Below, piece after piece: positions 17,093 to 26,410 of a stretch of 64,000 bases of DNA. Source of the stretch: Candidatus Altiarchaeota archaeon (lineage in GTDB: Archaea > Altiarchaeota > Altiarchaeia > IMC4 > SCGC-AAA252-I15); the NCBI GenBank assembly GCA_043804895.1, contig JAZDIN010000024.1:1888-65887 (forward strand), given 5' to 3'. The number at the start of each line of letters is the position of its first letter. Within the stretch, counting starts at the first letter, position 1. The notes beneath the pieces were generated by a model, which was given only the letters and a program-made list of their open reading frames with translations, ran no database searches and was not told the DNA's origin. The translations under genes were made by a program, and so were the position numbers.

Positions 17093-19150
17093 ATGTTAAC
17101 CGGGATGGTTGGGTCGTTAGTGTCTCTGGCGTTAGTCTCGCTGATGCTGCCTGGCGGATACAACATAAACCTTGAGGTCTCAAACAGCACGTTCATGAAG
17201 CTCGCCTTGTATGATGACACGGCCGAGGCCTGGAATCAGCGGACTGTGGATGCATTCAACGCCAACAGGACGTACACGGTTGAGAGGGGCACGTGCTCGA
17301 ACACGACTGCGGATAATCCGGCAGAATCCTACGGGGGCCGTATCGGCGGGACAGGGAACCTGAGGTTGGATGGGGTGAATGTATCGTCTGAAATATTCAC
17401 AGACGGTTGTGGGGTAATCTACGCCGCTGAGCCTACATACTATGAAGGTAGCCGGAACCGGACGTGGGTTGAGGAGGGTGTGCTGTCCCTCTACGTAGGC
17501 CAAGGCTGCACCAGCCGGGAAGTCAACGGCACATGGGACAATCTCGAGATGGGAGTGCCCGGGACTGGGAGGCATAAGGAATATCTCCTGCCGGTGGTGG
17601 AGGAGACTGTAGTGCTGGCCGACGGAGGAGTCTGCTATAATGAGACGGTGGTGCACGGTTCCGGAGGATTTCCAGAATCGGTCGATACAGTGAAGGTCAT
17701 TCAGGTCAACTGCTCAGTCAACGGCTCGGACACTATCATCAGACTCGAACACACCTGCCGCGGATACGTCCTATTGGACAGCGCATACCTTGTAATGGGT
17801 TGGGTGAAGCGGTGCGACAGAGAGAGGTATATGAAGAACTGTCTTGAGGGTTGCAGCGCAGCGAACGCGGCAGGCTCCAAAAGCACTGGAGGGGGAGGCG
17901 GCACTGGAGGCTCATGCGACGGGGGATGCTGCAGGTCAGTGTGCACAAACCAGGCGAACCACAAGTGCAGGGAGGATGAGAGCGAGAATGCCGTGTGCCC
18001 TGATGTGCCGTCCGGGCAATACGGCAGCCCATATGATGGTTCGAGCGAGTACTTCATCGGTAAGCCTGGGGACAGTCACCCTGACCCCTGCTACTGCCAC
18101 CACCTTTTGGATGCTTCCAACATTTGCATGAACAACCGCGTCAGCCTCGCAGCATCCCAGGGTTACGAGTGCACTGATGTGAGGGAGTACACGATTGAGA
18201 TTAAGCCGAGGCTCACATGCAACGGGAGCTACTTTAAGTCAGGAGATTTTGGCCAAGGTTACCTTAGCCTAGAAGTCGAGCCTGACGTTGCGACAGCCTT
18301 CATCGTCGGCGACATACCCTACCGTTTCCAGACGTTCGCACCAAGGCACATACTCTATGGGACTGTTGAGGCTGTAAAATATTACAGTCTCGCAGACGGA
18401 GACTACAGGATTAACGAGTCGCATGAGGACAGCGGCTACTTCGACTTCGCATACTATGAGACAGTAGAGAACAAGTATCCTCCGAGGGTTGGAGAAGGGA
18501 TAGTATTGGATGAGGTCTCAGGAGGAAACGGGAGTTACAGGACGGGGTTCGCAGTCTCCGATGCTGGGAGAATAGGGAACCTGACTCTGACTGTGCTTAC
18601 GGTCGGGGACAGGATAGGTGGGGGGAGGGAATGCGACTTCGGGAACCCGTGCCCTGAGGGGATCTTCTGCATGGACGGAAGATGCCTTAACTTGGGTGAA
18701 GTAGAAAACCAGACTGTGAGATTCAGCGAATGCCTCACAGAGGCTAAGCAGGTGAACATCACGTTGAGTGTTCCTGATATTGTCGGCGAACGCTCGAGTG
18801 CGACTGCACTTGTGACGTTGAGTGCTGGTGGGCCGCTACCGGGCCGGACTGTGTCGTTCGGCTGCTGGGGCTGGCGGCAGAATGCGACGACCGATGGTGG
18901 CGGCAGAGCGTCTTTCACGTTCACTAGTGGGGTCGGCGCCAGCCTTTGCACCGCATCATATGGTGGGGATTATCAGTACAGTCCGGCGACGGCGGAAAAA
19001 TGGGTTCACACCGCCGCAAGAGGACCGGACTTTCGCATCTGGCTGATGTTCATTGCGCTCCTCCTTGTTATCGCCATCATATTCACTGCAGCATCGGGAG
19101 GGCGCACAATCTACGACGTGTATGAGACGCTGCGGGGGTTCATGAGATGA
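17093..19150 (+). CDS. Large Cys-rich, sequon-rich surface protein with a C-terminal membrane anchor
   Basis: N-terminal hydrophobic segment, at least a dozen N-x-S/T sequons by eye, a Gly/Cys cluster GGGGGTGGSCDGGCC, and a C-terminal TM IWLMFIALLLVIAIIFTAA. Confidence 0.6.
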   Translation: MLTGMVGSLVSLALVSLMLPGGYNINLEVSNSTFMKLALYDDTAEAWNQRTVDAFNANRTYTVERGTCSNTTADNPAESYGGRIGGTGNLRLDGVNVSSEIFTDGCGVIYAAEPTYYEGSRNRTWVEEGVLSLYVGQGCTSREVNGTWDNLEMGVPGTGRHKEYLLPVVEETVVLADGGVCYNETVVHGSGGFPESVDTVKVIQVNCSVNGSDTIIRLEHTCRGYVLLDSAYLVMGWVKRCDRERYMKNCLEGCSAANAAGSKSTGGGGGTGGSCDGGCCRSVCTNQANHKCREDESENAVCPDVPSGQYGSPYDGSSEYFIGKPGDSHPDPCYCHHLLDASNICMNNRVSLAASQGYECTDVREYTIEIKPRLTCNGSYFKSGDFGQGYLSLEVEPDVATAFIVGDIPYRFQTFAPRHILYGTVEAVKYYSLADGDYRINESHEDSGYFDFAYYETVENKYPPRVGEGIVLDEVSGGNGSYRTGFAVSDAGRIGNLTLTVLTVGDRIGGGRECDFGNPCPEGIFCMDGRCLNLGEVENQTVRFSECLTEAKQVNITLSVPDIVGERSSATALVTLSAGGPLPGRTVSFGCWGWRQNATTDGGGRASFTFTSGVGASLCTASYGGDYQYSPATAEKWVHTAARGPDFRIWLMFIALLLVIAIIFTAASGGRTIYDVYETLRGFMR

Positions 19151-20742
19151 TGAGGAAGATTTCGGTTATCCTGCTTTTGGCTTCGCCTGCTTCGGCCATC
19201 GGGGAGAACATGTTCCAGGGGGTCTACGATTTCATGACTAGCCTCATAACACTCAACCTCAAGGACACCCTGAGGATGATCGCTCAGAACATGGCGGCGA
19301 AGCCTGACCTTGCGAAATGGCCTATCATGTCCGGCATGCACGACAGCTTCACATGGCTTTCAGGTTTCTTCATGCTTGCGATGACGTTCCATGGGGTCAA
19401 GTACATTATGTCGGCTGACAGCCCCGGGGGGAGGGCGAACTCTAAGGCTGCGGTCGAGAAGCTGATTGTTGGGATGGTTATCGTCTCCTTCAACGGGCTC
19501 ATATTCAGTTTAGGCCTTGACTTCTCCTCAGCGTTGACCGACGCCTTCGTGGGCGGCGTGAACGCTAACGAGAACGCGCTAGCGAAGGTAGTGATGTTGA
19601 GCACGATATCACTGGCGTGCATCATCACGCCAGTCGGCTTATTGGCCGCGCTCCTCCTGCTGTTCATGTTCCTCGCCAGGTACCTCATCCTGATACTGCT
19701 TTGGGCGTTCTTCCCGCTGATTTTCGCCTTCTATTTCAGCCAGCTGGGCTTCCTGGCGAGGATTGGGGCGAGGGGCGTGAACCTGTTCATATCAGCGATA
19801 CTCGCTGGGCCTGTGATGGGTTTCATTTTCAAGGTAAGCTATGAGCTCCTCTTGGCTGCGGCTGAGGGGGTAACGTCGGGGCAGCAGCTCGCGGTCAACG
19901 GGTTCGAACCGTTCGTAGCCCTATTCGCAGCCCTTGCAGGATTCCTCCTTGCAGGATTCAGTCCGCTCGTAACGCTCGGGCTCGTGGATAGGATGGGGGC
20001 GATTGCTCAGGTCGCAGGCACTGTGCTTGGGGCGGCAGGCGGTGGGGCATTGGGTGCTGCAGTAGGGGGAGCGGCAGGGAAAGTGGTCACATCAGCCTCA
20101 GGGGAAGCCAAAGACGCTGCAGGGGATGTCGTAGGGCAGGGGGTCGGAGGGAACATGAAAGGGGATATATTGGACGCTGGTAAGGCTGCTGAAGACGGTT
20201 TGAAGAGGAGCGCTGTGAAGGTCGCGGCAACGCAGGACTACGACGCTAGCACGACAGAGGGTAAGCTGAAGTTTATGAAGGCCGTGCTACAGGAGTATGA
20301 TTGGCTGAATGAGGAGGGGGTGATAAGAGAGGACAACAGGAGTAGGATTAACGTCGGAGACGGAGGGAAGTACATCGCCAAAGGCACGAACCTCCTCAGC
20401 GGCCACTTCGAGTATGAGGTCCCCCATGGGCGTGGATTCGGCGACAGCCTGAGCAGGGAGGCAGCTGAAAAGCAGGGCCTGATTTCTGATGGGAAGATTC
20501 TGATGAAAAACGCGGTCCGAGGAAGCTACGGCGGGTACACCGTAACGGTGAACGACGGGGGCAGCAACCTTTATAATGTCGCAGTCCAGGGGGAGGAGAA
20601 GACGACGGTGATGACTGTGGAGAAAACCGTAGGACTTGGCAGTGGAGAGGAGGTGATACGGAGGATAATAGAAGAATCGCAGGAGAATGATGAAACGCCG
20701 GATAAGGTACTCAGCAGGATAAGGTATAGGGGTAGAGATTAG
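19147..20742 (+). CDS. Polytopic membrane protein, VirB6/TrbL-like architecture (tentative)
   Basis: Start overlaps the upstream stop (ATGA). Signal-like N-terminus, at least six hydrophobic spans, a Gly/Ala tract GAAGGGALGAAVGGAAG, and a hydrophilic C-terminal domain of about 180 aa. The call rests on architecture only. Confidence 0.35.
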   Translation: MMRKISVILLLASPASAIGENMFQGVYDFMTSLITLNLKDTLRMIAQNMAAKPDLAKWPIMSGMHDSFTWLSGFFMLAMTFHGVKYIMSADSPGGRANSKAAVEKLIVGMVIVSFNGLIFSLGLDFSSALTDAFVGGVNANENALAKVVMLSTISLACIITPVGLLAALLLLFMFLARYLILILLWAFFPLIFAFYFSQLGFLARIGARGVNLFISAILAGPVMGFIFKVSYELLLAAAEGVTSGQQLAVNGFEPFVALFAALAGFLLAGFSPLVTLGLVDRMGAIAQVAGTVLGAAGGGALGAAVGGAAGKVVTSASGEAKDAAGDVVGQGVGGNMKGDILDAGKAAEDGLKRSAVKVAATQDYDASTTEGKLKFMKAVLQEYDWLNEEGVIREDNRSRINVGDGGKYIAKGTNLLSGHFEYEVPHGRGFGDSLSREAAEKQGLISDGKILMKNAVRGSYGGYTVTVNDGGSNLYNVAVQGEEKTTVMTVEKTVGLGSGEEVIRRIIEESQENDETPDKVLSRIRYRGRD

Positions 20743-20754
20743 CTGTGGGAGGAT

Positions 20755-21264
20755 TCATCTGCCTCCGCGTTTCTTCATCTGTATCCCGAGGTCCAGAAGC
20801 TGCTTCTGGTAGTTTGAGACTATCATCTTGAAGCTCTTCTCCTCAAGTTCGCCGGCGTAGTAGCGCTCCTCTGCCTTCCTTATGAGCTCCTGGGTTTTCT
20901 TCCTCTGGGCCTCCAGCTCGTCCAAGCGCGGCTCCTGTTTAGGGGGAGTCTTCTCCTCGTCCTCCCTTTTTTGGATAACATTCTCCCTCTCCTTAAGCTC
21001 CTTCACCCGCTCAGCCTTAAGCCTCGCTTCACGTTCCCCCAGTTCCTTCTCGGTGCGGGCGAGCCTCTGCGGCTCGGATTCCTGTCTGGGGGGAGGCTTA
21101 GCAACTTCCACCTCATTCTTTTCCTGCGGCTCCGTTATCGGCTCCTCAGCCAAGACCTCCTCAGCCGCCCTTTTTTTGAGTATTTCCCTTATTATCAGGG
21201 CTACTAGGGCGGCTATTGCCAATAGTCCGGCAACGATTAGGGCATCCAATACGCTGTCATCCAT
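20755..21264 (-). CDS. Membrane-anchored coiled-coil protein
   Basis: ATG 21264 (MDDSVLDALIVAGLLAIAALVALII) followed by E/K/R/P-rich coiled coil. The listed GTG 21273 adds 3 aa. Confidence 0.55.
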   Translation of the reverse strand: MDDSVLDALIVAGLLAIAALVALIIREILKKRAAEEVLAEEPITEPQEKNEVEVAKPPPRQESEPQRLARTEKELGEREARLKAERVKELKERENVIQKREDEEKTPPKQEPRLDELEAQRKKTQELIRKAEERYYAGELEEKSFKMIVSNYQKQLLDLGIQMKKRGGR

Positions 21265-21366
21265 TACAAACACGCGAAGGTCTCCTGCCTCACGTTTGCA
21301 CCTCTTGTGTTTGTTTTGCTTGTCTGCATTTTGAGCGTGTCACAGCGGAGGCTTTGCCTCCGGTGT
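21264..21366 (-). repeat. Shared upstream leader module, copy A (partner at 29285..29392)
   Basis: Read on the minus strand: ACAC, a 6-bp hairpin, GCTCAAAATGC, AAGCAAAA, GAGGT, then CGCGTRTTTGTA-ATG. The same order and spacing occur in copy B. Confidence 0.6.
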
Positions 21367-21494
21367 GTGTCCGAGACATCAGTCTCGGCCACATTGTGAG
21401 TAATACCGCACCCAGGGTGCGGTATTTGATATTGTTTTCCCTTGGACTCAGGGCATATATCATTTATATCCAGTATAATATATGTTACCTGAAA

Positions 21495-23063
21495 ATGCGG
21501 CCTTATTTTGCTGTTTGGGTGGTTTTGCTGCTTGCAGGTTATGCTATAGCAGAGGACTCATGCAAAGTCGAGGTGTTGGATGATGCTAAGGGGATGCACG
21601 CCGTCGTAGAAGCCTGCGACAACATAGGAACATACTCGCTTGGGGGCCTTTACGACGGGCAGTGGACTAAGCTGACTTTCCAGTACCCTGAGCCGTGGGC
21701 TGGTACGTTCACGACGTTCGACATAGACGGCGAATATTTTTGCACCTCGAAGGACGGCAGAAACTGCACCATCATGGACGGGTATGTTTCTGAGAAGCCT
21801 AAGGCTGACGGGGCCGAAGTTGCTACCTCTTGGAATCTCCCGAGGGTCAGCGTAACGCAATCACTAAACATCATAGAAAACAGGACATTGATAAGATACT
21901 CAGTCCACAACACCGACGCGGAAAGCCATAAGGTCGGCATACGCCTCCACTTGGACACGATGTTGGGCGTGAACGATGGGGCGCCGATTTACGTGCCAGG
22001 CGACGGGCTGAAGACTGAGGAGGTTGAGTACAGCGGAGCCGGGCTCAACTTCGGCTACTGGAAGGTGTATAACACCCCTGACAACCCGACCATCGTCGCC
22101 ACCGGGACGATAGATCCGAACGATGGGATGACGTATCCTACGAGGGTCGTCGTGGCAGACTGGAAGAGGAGCAAGGACACTGCATGGGATTACAATGTTG
22201 AAGGTAGGCCCATCACCGGGGACAGCGCAGTCATACTGTACTTCGACCTCGGCGTCATCGACGCCGGTGGTGAGGCGGCTTTCGAGACAGGCATCGGGAG
22301 CGATGCTCCTGTGTTGAGTGAGGAGCAGGGCACCCTGGGTTTGACCGAGATTGTGCTTAGCAACATATCCGGGGTATATTGCCCTGGGGATGACGTAACA
22401 TTAAAGGTTGATGTGCTTAGCGCTGGAGTGCCAAGGAGTGGCTCAGTAGCCTTGAACGTCGAGAAGGACGGGAAGGTCTACTACAGCAATACCCAGAACG
22501 CAGCCCTGCCCAAGGACACGATAGTCAGCCTAGTGTACAATTGGAAAATCCAAGACGACAAGGAGGGAGGCTACACCGTGAAGGCATGGTTGTACAACGA
22601 CACTGGAGTTGTCGACTATAAGGAGAAACCAAACGCCGTCATTGTGAGTGAGACGCAGTGCGTGAACCGAGTGCTGGAAGTGGGCGGAGGGATAGTGGGG
22701 GGTTTCCTGTTCATAGCAGTCATCGTCTCGATAGGCCTTGCCATGGCCGCCGGATTCTACCTGTGGTTCAACCGAGGCAGCGTCGAGTTCACGAAATACG
22801 TTGACGGCGAATACGTCAAAGTCACAGTCCTCAACAACACTCAGAAGACGATACACGATATCGTCATAGAGGATACAATACCACCGGAAGTTGAGCTGAA
22901 GGTGCGGACGTTGAACGTCATCAGAAGACAGAACATGCTGGAATGGAGCATTGGTAAGTTGAGGCCGAAGGAGAGCGCGACCCTCGACTATTACGTTAAG
23001 GGAGGCCGTGCTGTGAGCAGCTCTTCAGTCAGGTGGGATAGGGGGGGCAAGAGCCTGGCATGA
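21495..23063 (+). CDS. Secreted or membrane protein with a DUF11-like conserved-repeat domain after the C-terminal TM
   Basis: ATG 21495 (MRPYFAVWVVLLLAGYAIA). TM segment GGFLFIAVIVSIGLAMAAGFYLWF. The tail VTVLNNTQKTIHDIVIEDTIPPEV ... LEWSIGKLRPKESATLDYYV matches the DUF11-type pattern. The listed start 21216 is over-extended. Confidence 0.55.
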   Translation: MRPYFAVWVVLLLAGYAIAEDSCKVEVLDDAKGMHAVVEACDNIGTYSLGGLYDGQWTKLTFQYPEPWAGTFTTFDIDGEYFCTSKDGRNCTIMDGYVSEKPKADGAEVATSWNLPRVSVTQSLNIIENRTLIRYSVHNTDAESHKVGIRLHLDTMLGVNDGAPIYVPGDGLKTEEVEYSGAGLNFGYWKVYNTPDNPTIVATGTIDPNDGMTYPTRVVVADWKRSKDTAWDYNVEGRPITGDSAVILYFDLGVIDAGGEAAFETGIGSDAPVLSEEQGTLGLTEIVLSNISGVYCPGDDVTLKVDVLSAGVPRSGSVALNVEKDGKVYYSNTQNAALPKDTIVSLVYNWKIQDDKEGGYTVKAWLYNDTGVVDYKEKPNAVIVSETQCVNRVLEVGGGIVGGFLFIAVIVSIGLAMAAGFYLWFNRGSVEFTKYVDGEYVKVTVLNNTQKTIHDIVIEDTIPPEVELKVRTLNVIRRQNMLEWSIGKLRPKESATLDYYVKGGRAVSSSSVRWDRGGKSLA

Positions 23064-24679
23064 CAGACGTTGAGGAGCTTGTCGAGAGGGTGGTGAAGGA
23101 AAGCGGGAGAAGCAAAGGGGAGATTAAGGCTAAGATGCATGAGCGGAAGGAGAAGACCCACGGCCTCCTCTCAGACTATGGGGCCATATACGCTGTCGCG
23201 AAGGAGTGCGGGATAGACTTGAGCGAATCCGAGACTGTTGTCATACCATTGTCGAAGGTGAAGCCATCAAATTCGGTGAACATCATAGGCAGGGTTAAGA
23301 CCGTCTACTCTGAGAGGGAGTTCGCCAGGAAGGACGGCAGCAGGGGGAAGTTTGCTTCTATCGTGGTCGCAGACGCAACCGGCGAGACGAGGATAGTTCT
23401 CTGGGACAATAACACGGCAATAGTCGGCAAACTGAGAGTCGGAGACGTGGTGAGCGTAAGGAACGGGTACGCCAAAGACAACAGAGGACAGCTTGAGGTG
23501 CACGCCGGCCCGCTGACGAACATCACAATCAACCCTACAAACGTGAAAGTCGCCCTGCCGGAAGTCGAGGAGAGGATAGACAGTATCAAAGGGCTTGAAG
23601 CATGCCAGCCGTCTGTGAACATCGTATGCAGGGTCACAAACTACTACCCCAAGGCTGAATTCAACCGCCCAGACGGGACTAAAGGCTCGAGGGCCTCCTT
23701 TGTTGGCGAGGATGAGAGCGGCTCAGTGAGGGTCGTCTTGTGGAATCCGCTTTCTGAGTTGGAGCTTTTAGAAGGGGATATAGTCAAGTTGGAGAACGCC
23801 TACACAAGGGAGGGTTTGAACGGCGAGGTGGAGTTGCACGCTGGGGGTAGAAGCAGGATTGTTAAAACTGACGCTAAACTTAAGCTGAAGCCGCTTGCTA
23901 AGAGGGTTGACACAGTCAAGGTGAAGGAGATCAAGCCTGACATGAGTGGATTCAACCTTGAATGTAGGGTATTGAGAGTCTATGAGCCTCGTGAATACTC
24001 CAAGGGTGTGATGGCGTCCATCATAGTCGGCGACGCAACAGGCACCATAAGGGCTGTGCTCTGGAACGAGAGGTCTGACGCCGCAAAAAAGCTTAAGGAA
24101 GGCGACCCTGTGAGGATAAGAAACGCCTACAGCAAAGCCAACATGAACGGCGAAGTGGAGGCGCACCTCGGAAAGTACTCAGACGTTGTGGTCGACGCTA
24201 AGATAAAGGTCCCGACACAGGCGGAGATAAACGAGACGCTCGCTAAAGAGAAGAGGATAGTGGACCTCGACGTCAGCGACAGTTTCGTGAGAATCAAAGG
24301 TAAGATAATGGGTATAGAGGACAGGCAGCTCGTATACATGACCTGTCCGGAATGCAACAAGAAAGTCCAAAGCCTTGGGGGGGAATGGATGTGCGACTCG
24401 TGTGGAGTCATAGAGGGTACGCCGAACATGATGGTCTCGGTTGTCGTGGAAGACGACACCGGCAACATCAGGGCAATCGCATTCAAGGACAAGGCCGAGA
24501 GGATACTTGGCATGGACCTTGAGGAGGCGATGAACATCATAGGAGAAACCCAGGACGAGAAGGCTCCGATAGCACAGGCCCGGGAGCGGATAACAGGTAA
24601 CATGATAACCCTCCTCGGGAAAGCCAACTACAACGAATACAGCGACCAGCTGGAGTTCATGGTGAACGAGATAGTGTGA
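23060..24679 (+). CDS. rpa: Replication protein A (single-stranded DNA-binding protein, four OB folds plus zinc ribbon)
   Basis: Three tandem OB repeats (RIVLWDN, RVVLWNP, RAVLWNE contexts) and a fourth OB fold carrying CPECNKKV ... CDSCG. ATG overlaps the upstream stop (ATGA). Confidence 0.85.
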   Translation: MTDVEELVERVVKESGRSKGEIKAKMHERKEKTHGLLSDYGAIYAVAKECGIDLSESETVVIPLSKVKPSNSVNIIGRVKTVYSEREFARKDGSRGKFASIVVADATGETRIVLWDNNTAIVGKLRVGDVVSVRNGYAKDNRGQLEVHAGPLTNITINPTNVKVALPEVEERIDSIKGLEACQPSVNIVCRVTNYYPKAEFNRPDGTKGSRASFVGEDESGSVRVVLWNPLSELELLEGDIVKLENAYTREGLNGEVELHAGGRSRIVKTDAKLKLKPLAKRVDTVKVKEIKPDMSGFNLECRVLRVYEPREYSKGVMASIIVGDATGTIRAVLWNERSDAAKKLKEGDPVRIRNAYSKANMNGEVEAHLGKYSDVVVDAKIKVPTQAEINETLAKEKRIVDLDVSDSFVRIKGKIMGIEDRQLVYMTCPECNKKVQSLGGEWMCDSCGVIEGTPNMMVSVVVEDDTGNIRAIAFKDKAERILGMDLEEAMNIIGETQDEKAPIAQARERITGNMITLLGKANYNEYSDQLEFMVNEIV

Positions 24680-25293
24680 ACGTGGATTACCCTGCCCTCC
24701 TTTTGGCTGCCATAACGCTCCTTGCGACAAGATACGTATACCTGGACCACGTCAGCTACGCCATCCTATGCCTGAGCCTGATGGTCGCCCTACCGTTAGC
24801 ATACATCAGATGGCGTAAACGCGCCCCAGGCGCCTACCTGATACAAGCCGGGATGTGGAGGAATGGGCTCATAATCTCAGCTGCCATGATTCTCGCTGCT
24901 TTGCCGATAATGCACTACGGCTCAACGCTCCAGCAATTCCAGAAGTACTACCCAACCTGGGGGCCGGCGTCCGAGAACCTGCATAACTTCATAATGTTCG
25001 AGCTTTACGTCCTAGCCATAATGGTGTCGACTGAGGTCTTCTACAGGGGATTCCTCATGAACGTCCTCAGGGAGCACACAAGGCACGGCAACGCAATACA
25101 CGCAATCATTTACATGCTGGCTCACATAGGAAAGCCGCCGCTTGAAGTCGCCTACTCGCTCCCTGTCGGATGGATCTTCGGAGAAGTCGACATCAAATGC
25201 AAGAGCATACTCCCCAGCCTGACGATGCACTACATATCAAGCGTGATATTCGACATGATGATACTATACCAGTTGGGGGTGAGAGTCGTCTGA
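24676..25293 (+). CDS. CPBP-family intramembrane protease (CAAX/Abi-like)
   Basis: Polytopic protein with TEVFYRGFLMN, HAIIYMLAH and MHYISSVIFD, which are CPBP-like motifs 1 to 3. GTG start overlaps the RPA stop. Confidence 0.55.
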   Translation: MNVDYPALLLAAITLLATRYVYLDHVSYAILCLSLMVALPLAYIRWRKRAPGAYLIQAGMWRNGLIISAAMILAALPIMHYGSTLQQFQKYYPTWGPASENLHNFIMFELYVLAIMVSTEVFYRGFLMNVLREHTRHGNAIHAIIYMLAHIGKPPLEVAYSLPVGWIFGEVDIKCKSILPSLTMHYISSVIFDMMILYQLGVRVV

Positions 25294-25326
25294 AAGCATA
25301 TAACCACCACCAGGTAATTGTTTAAC

Positions 25327-26019
25327 ATGAGGCTTGCCGCGTCAGTCATACTCCTAGTGCTACTCTCAGGCTGCACGATGCTCCCATGCAATCCACCTAT
25401 GAAACGCATCGGAGGCGAATGCTGCCTAGACGGAGACAACAACCAGGTGTGCGACAAAAACGAGGCTGGAAACGAAGCAGACAAAGAATGCGAGCCACCC
25501 TACATCCTAAGCAGTGGGGAATGCTGCCTTGACACCAACGGAAACGGGGCCTGCGACACGGAAGAGACGACGGAGAACCGCCCCCAAGCAGCGGCCCAAG
25601 TCATTAATCCGACCACCACAACGCAACAGCCGACCACAACGACACAAAATACGAACCCGACCACAACATCCACGGCGACCACTAGCACGGTGAGAGTATA
25701 CCAGACGCCCACAACACTACCCGTCTGCTTCGACACAGACGGGGGAGAATCACCCAACCTCGCCGGAGTCACAAGCGGATTATACAGAGCCCCACCCCAC
25801 GGCCTGACAAGCTCGGCAGACTACTGCCTTAATAACGTCAGCGTTAGGGAATACCGCTGCGAAGGCGACCTAGTATACGGCAGGGACATACTGTGCAAAA
25901 GCCAGGAGACGTGCGTAAAAGGCAGATGCTGCCTCCCATCAGGAGTGAAATGCAGCTCCAGCACAGAATGTTGCAACAAAGAATGCATAAAAAAACAATA
26001 CATAGGATTGTGCTATTGA
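25327..26019 (+). CDS. Cys-rich lipoprotein with a Thr-rich linker and a knottin-like C-terminal cysteine framework
   Basis: MRLAASVILLVLLSGC lipobox. Duplicated GECCLD..N..CD units. Linker PTTTTQQPTTTTQNTNPTTTSTATTST. C-terminus CLPSGVKCSSSTECCNKECIKKQYIGLCY. Confidence 0.6.
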   Translation: MRLAASVILLVLLSGCTMLPCNPPMKRIGGECCLDGDNNQVCDKNEAGNEADKECEPPYILSSGECCLDTNGNGACDTEETTENRPQAAAQVINPTTTTQQPTTTTQNTNPTTTSTATTSTVRVYQTPTTLPVCFDTDGGESPNLAGVTSGLYRAPPHGLTSSADYCLNNVSVREYRCEGDLVYGRDILCKSQETCVKGRCCLPSGVKCSSSTECCNKECIKKQYIGLCY

Positions 26020-26049
26020 CTTTTTAGGCGAGACTCTCTTAAATTAACA

Positions 26050-26391
26050 GTGAAACTCCATCTCATACTACTCCTTGCGCTTGCGGCCGTGATTATCCCA
26101 GGATGCGTCACCACCAGCACACCAGAGGTGAGGTGTGAAGCGCTCACGACAGTGAACGAAATGAACCTGTGCATGTACAACAGGAGCGTGAAAAGACTCG
26201 ACTACGCATCATGCGCGGACATACTGAACGAGACGATAAAAGCGAATTGCATAAACGACATCGCGGTTTCGGTGAGGAACAGCTACCCGTGCAAGGAACA
26301 CAACAGGATGATAAACAGGGACAAATGCGAGAGACTTGTAAGTGCAGCCAAACGCGCTGACAAGGAAATGCAAAAGACTGCGAGCACATAG
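26050..26391 (+). CDS. Small Cys-containing lipoprotein
   Basis: GTG start and a LALAAVIIPGC lipobox. Confidence 0.5.
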   Translation: MKLHLILLLALAAVIIPGCVTTSTPEVRCEALTTVNEMNLCMYNRSVKRLDYASCADILNETIKANCINDIAVSVRNSYPCKEHNRMINRDKCERLVSAAKRADKEMQKTAST

Positions 26392-26410
26392 ACAATCTAA
26401 CGTAACCTAC

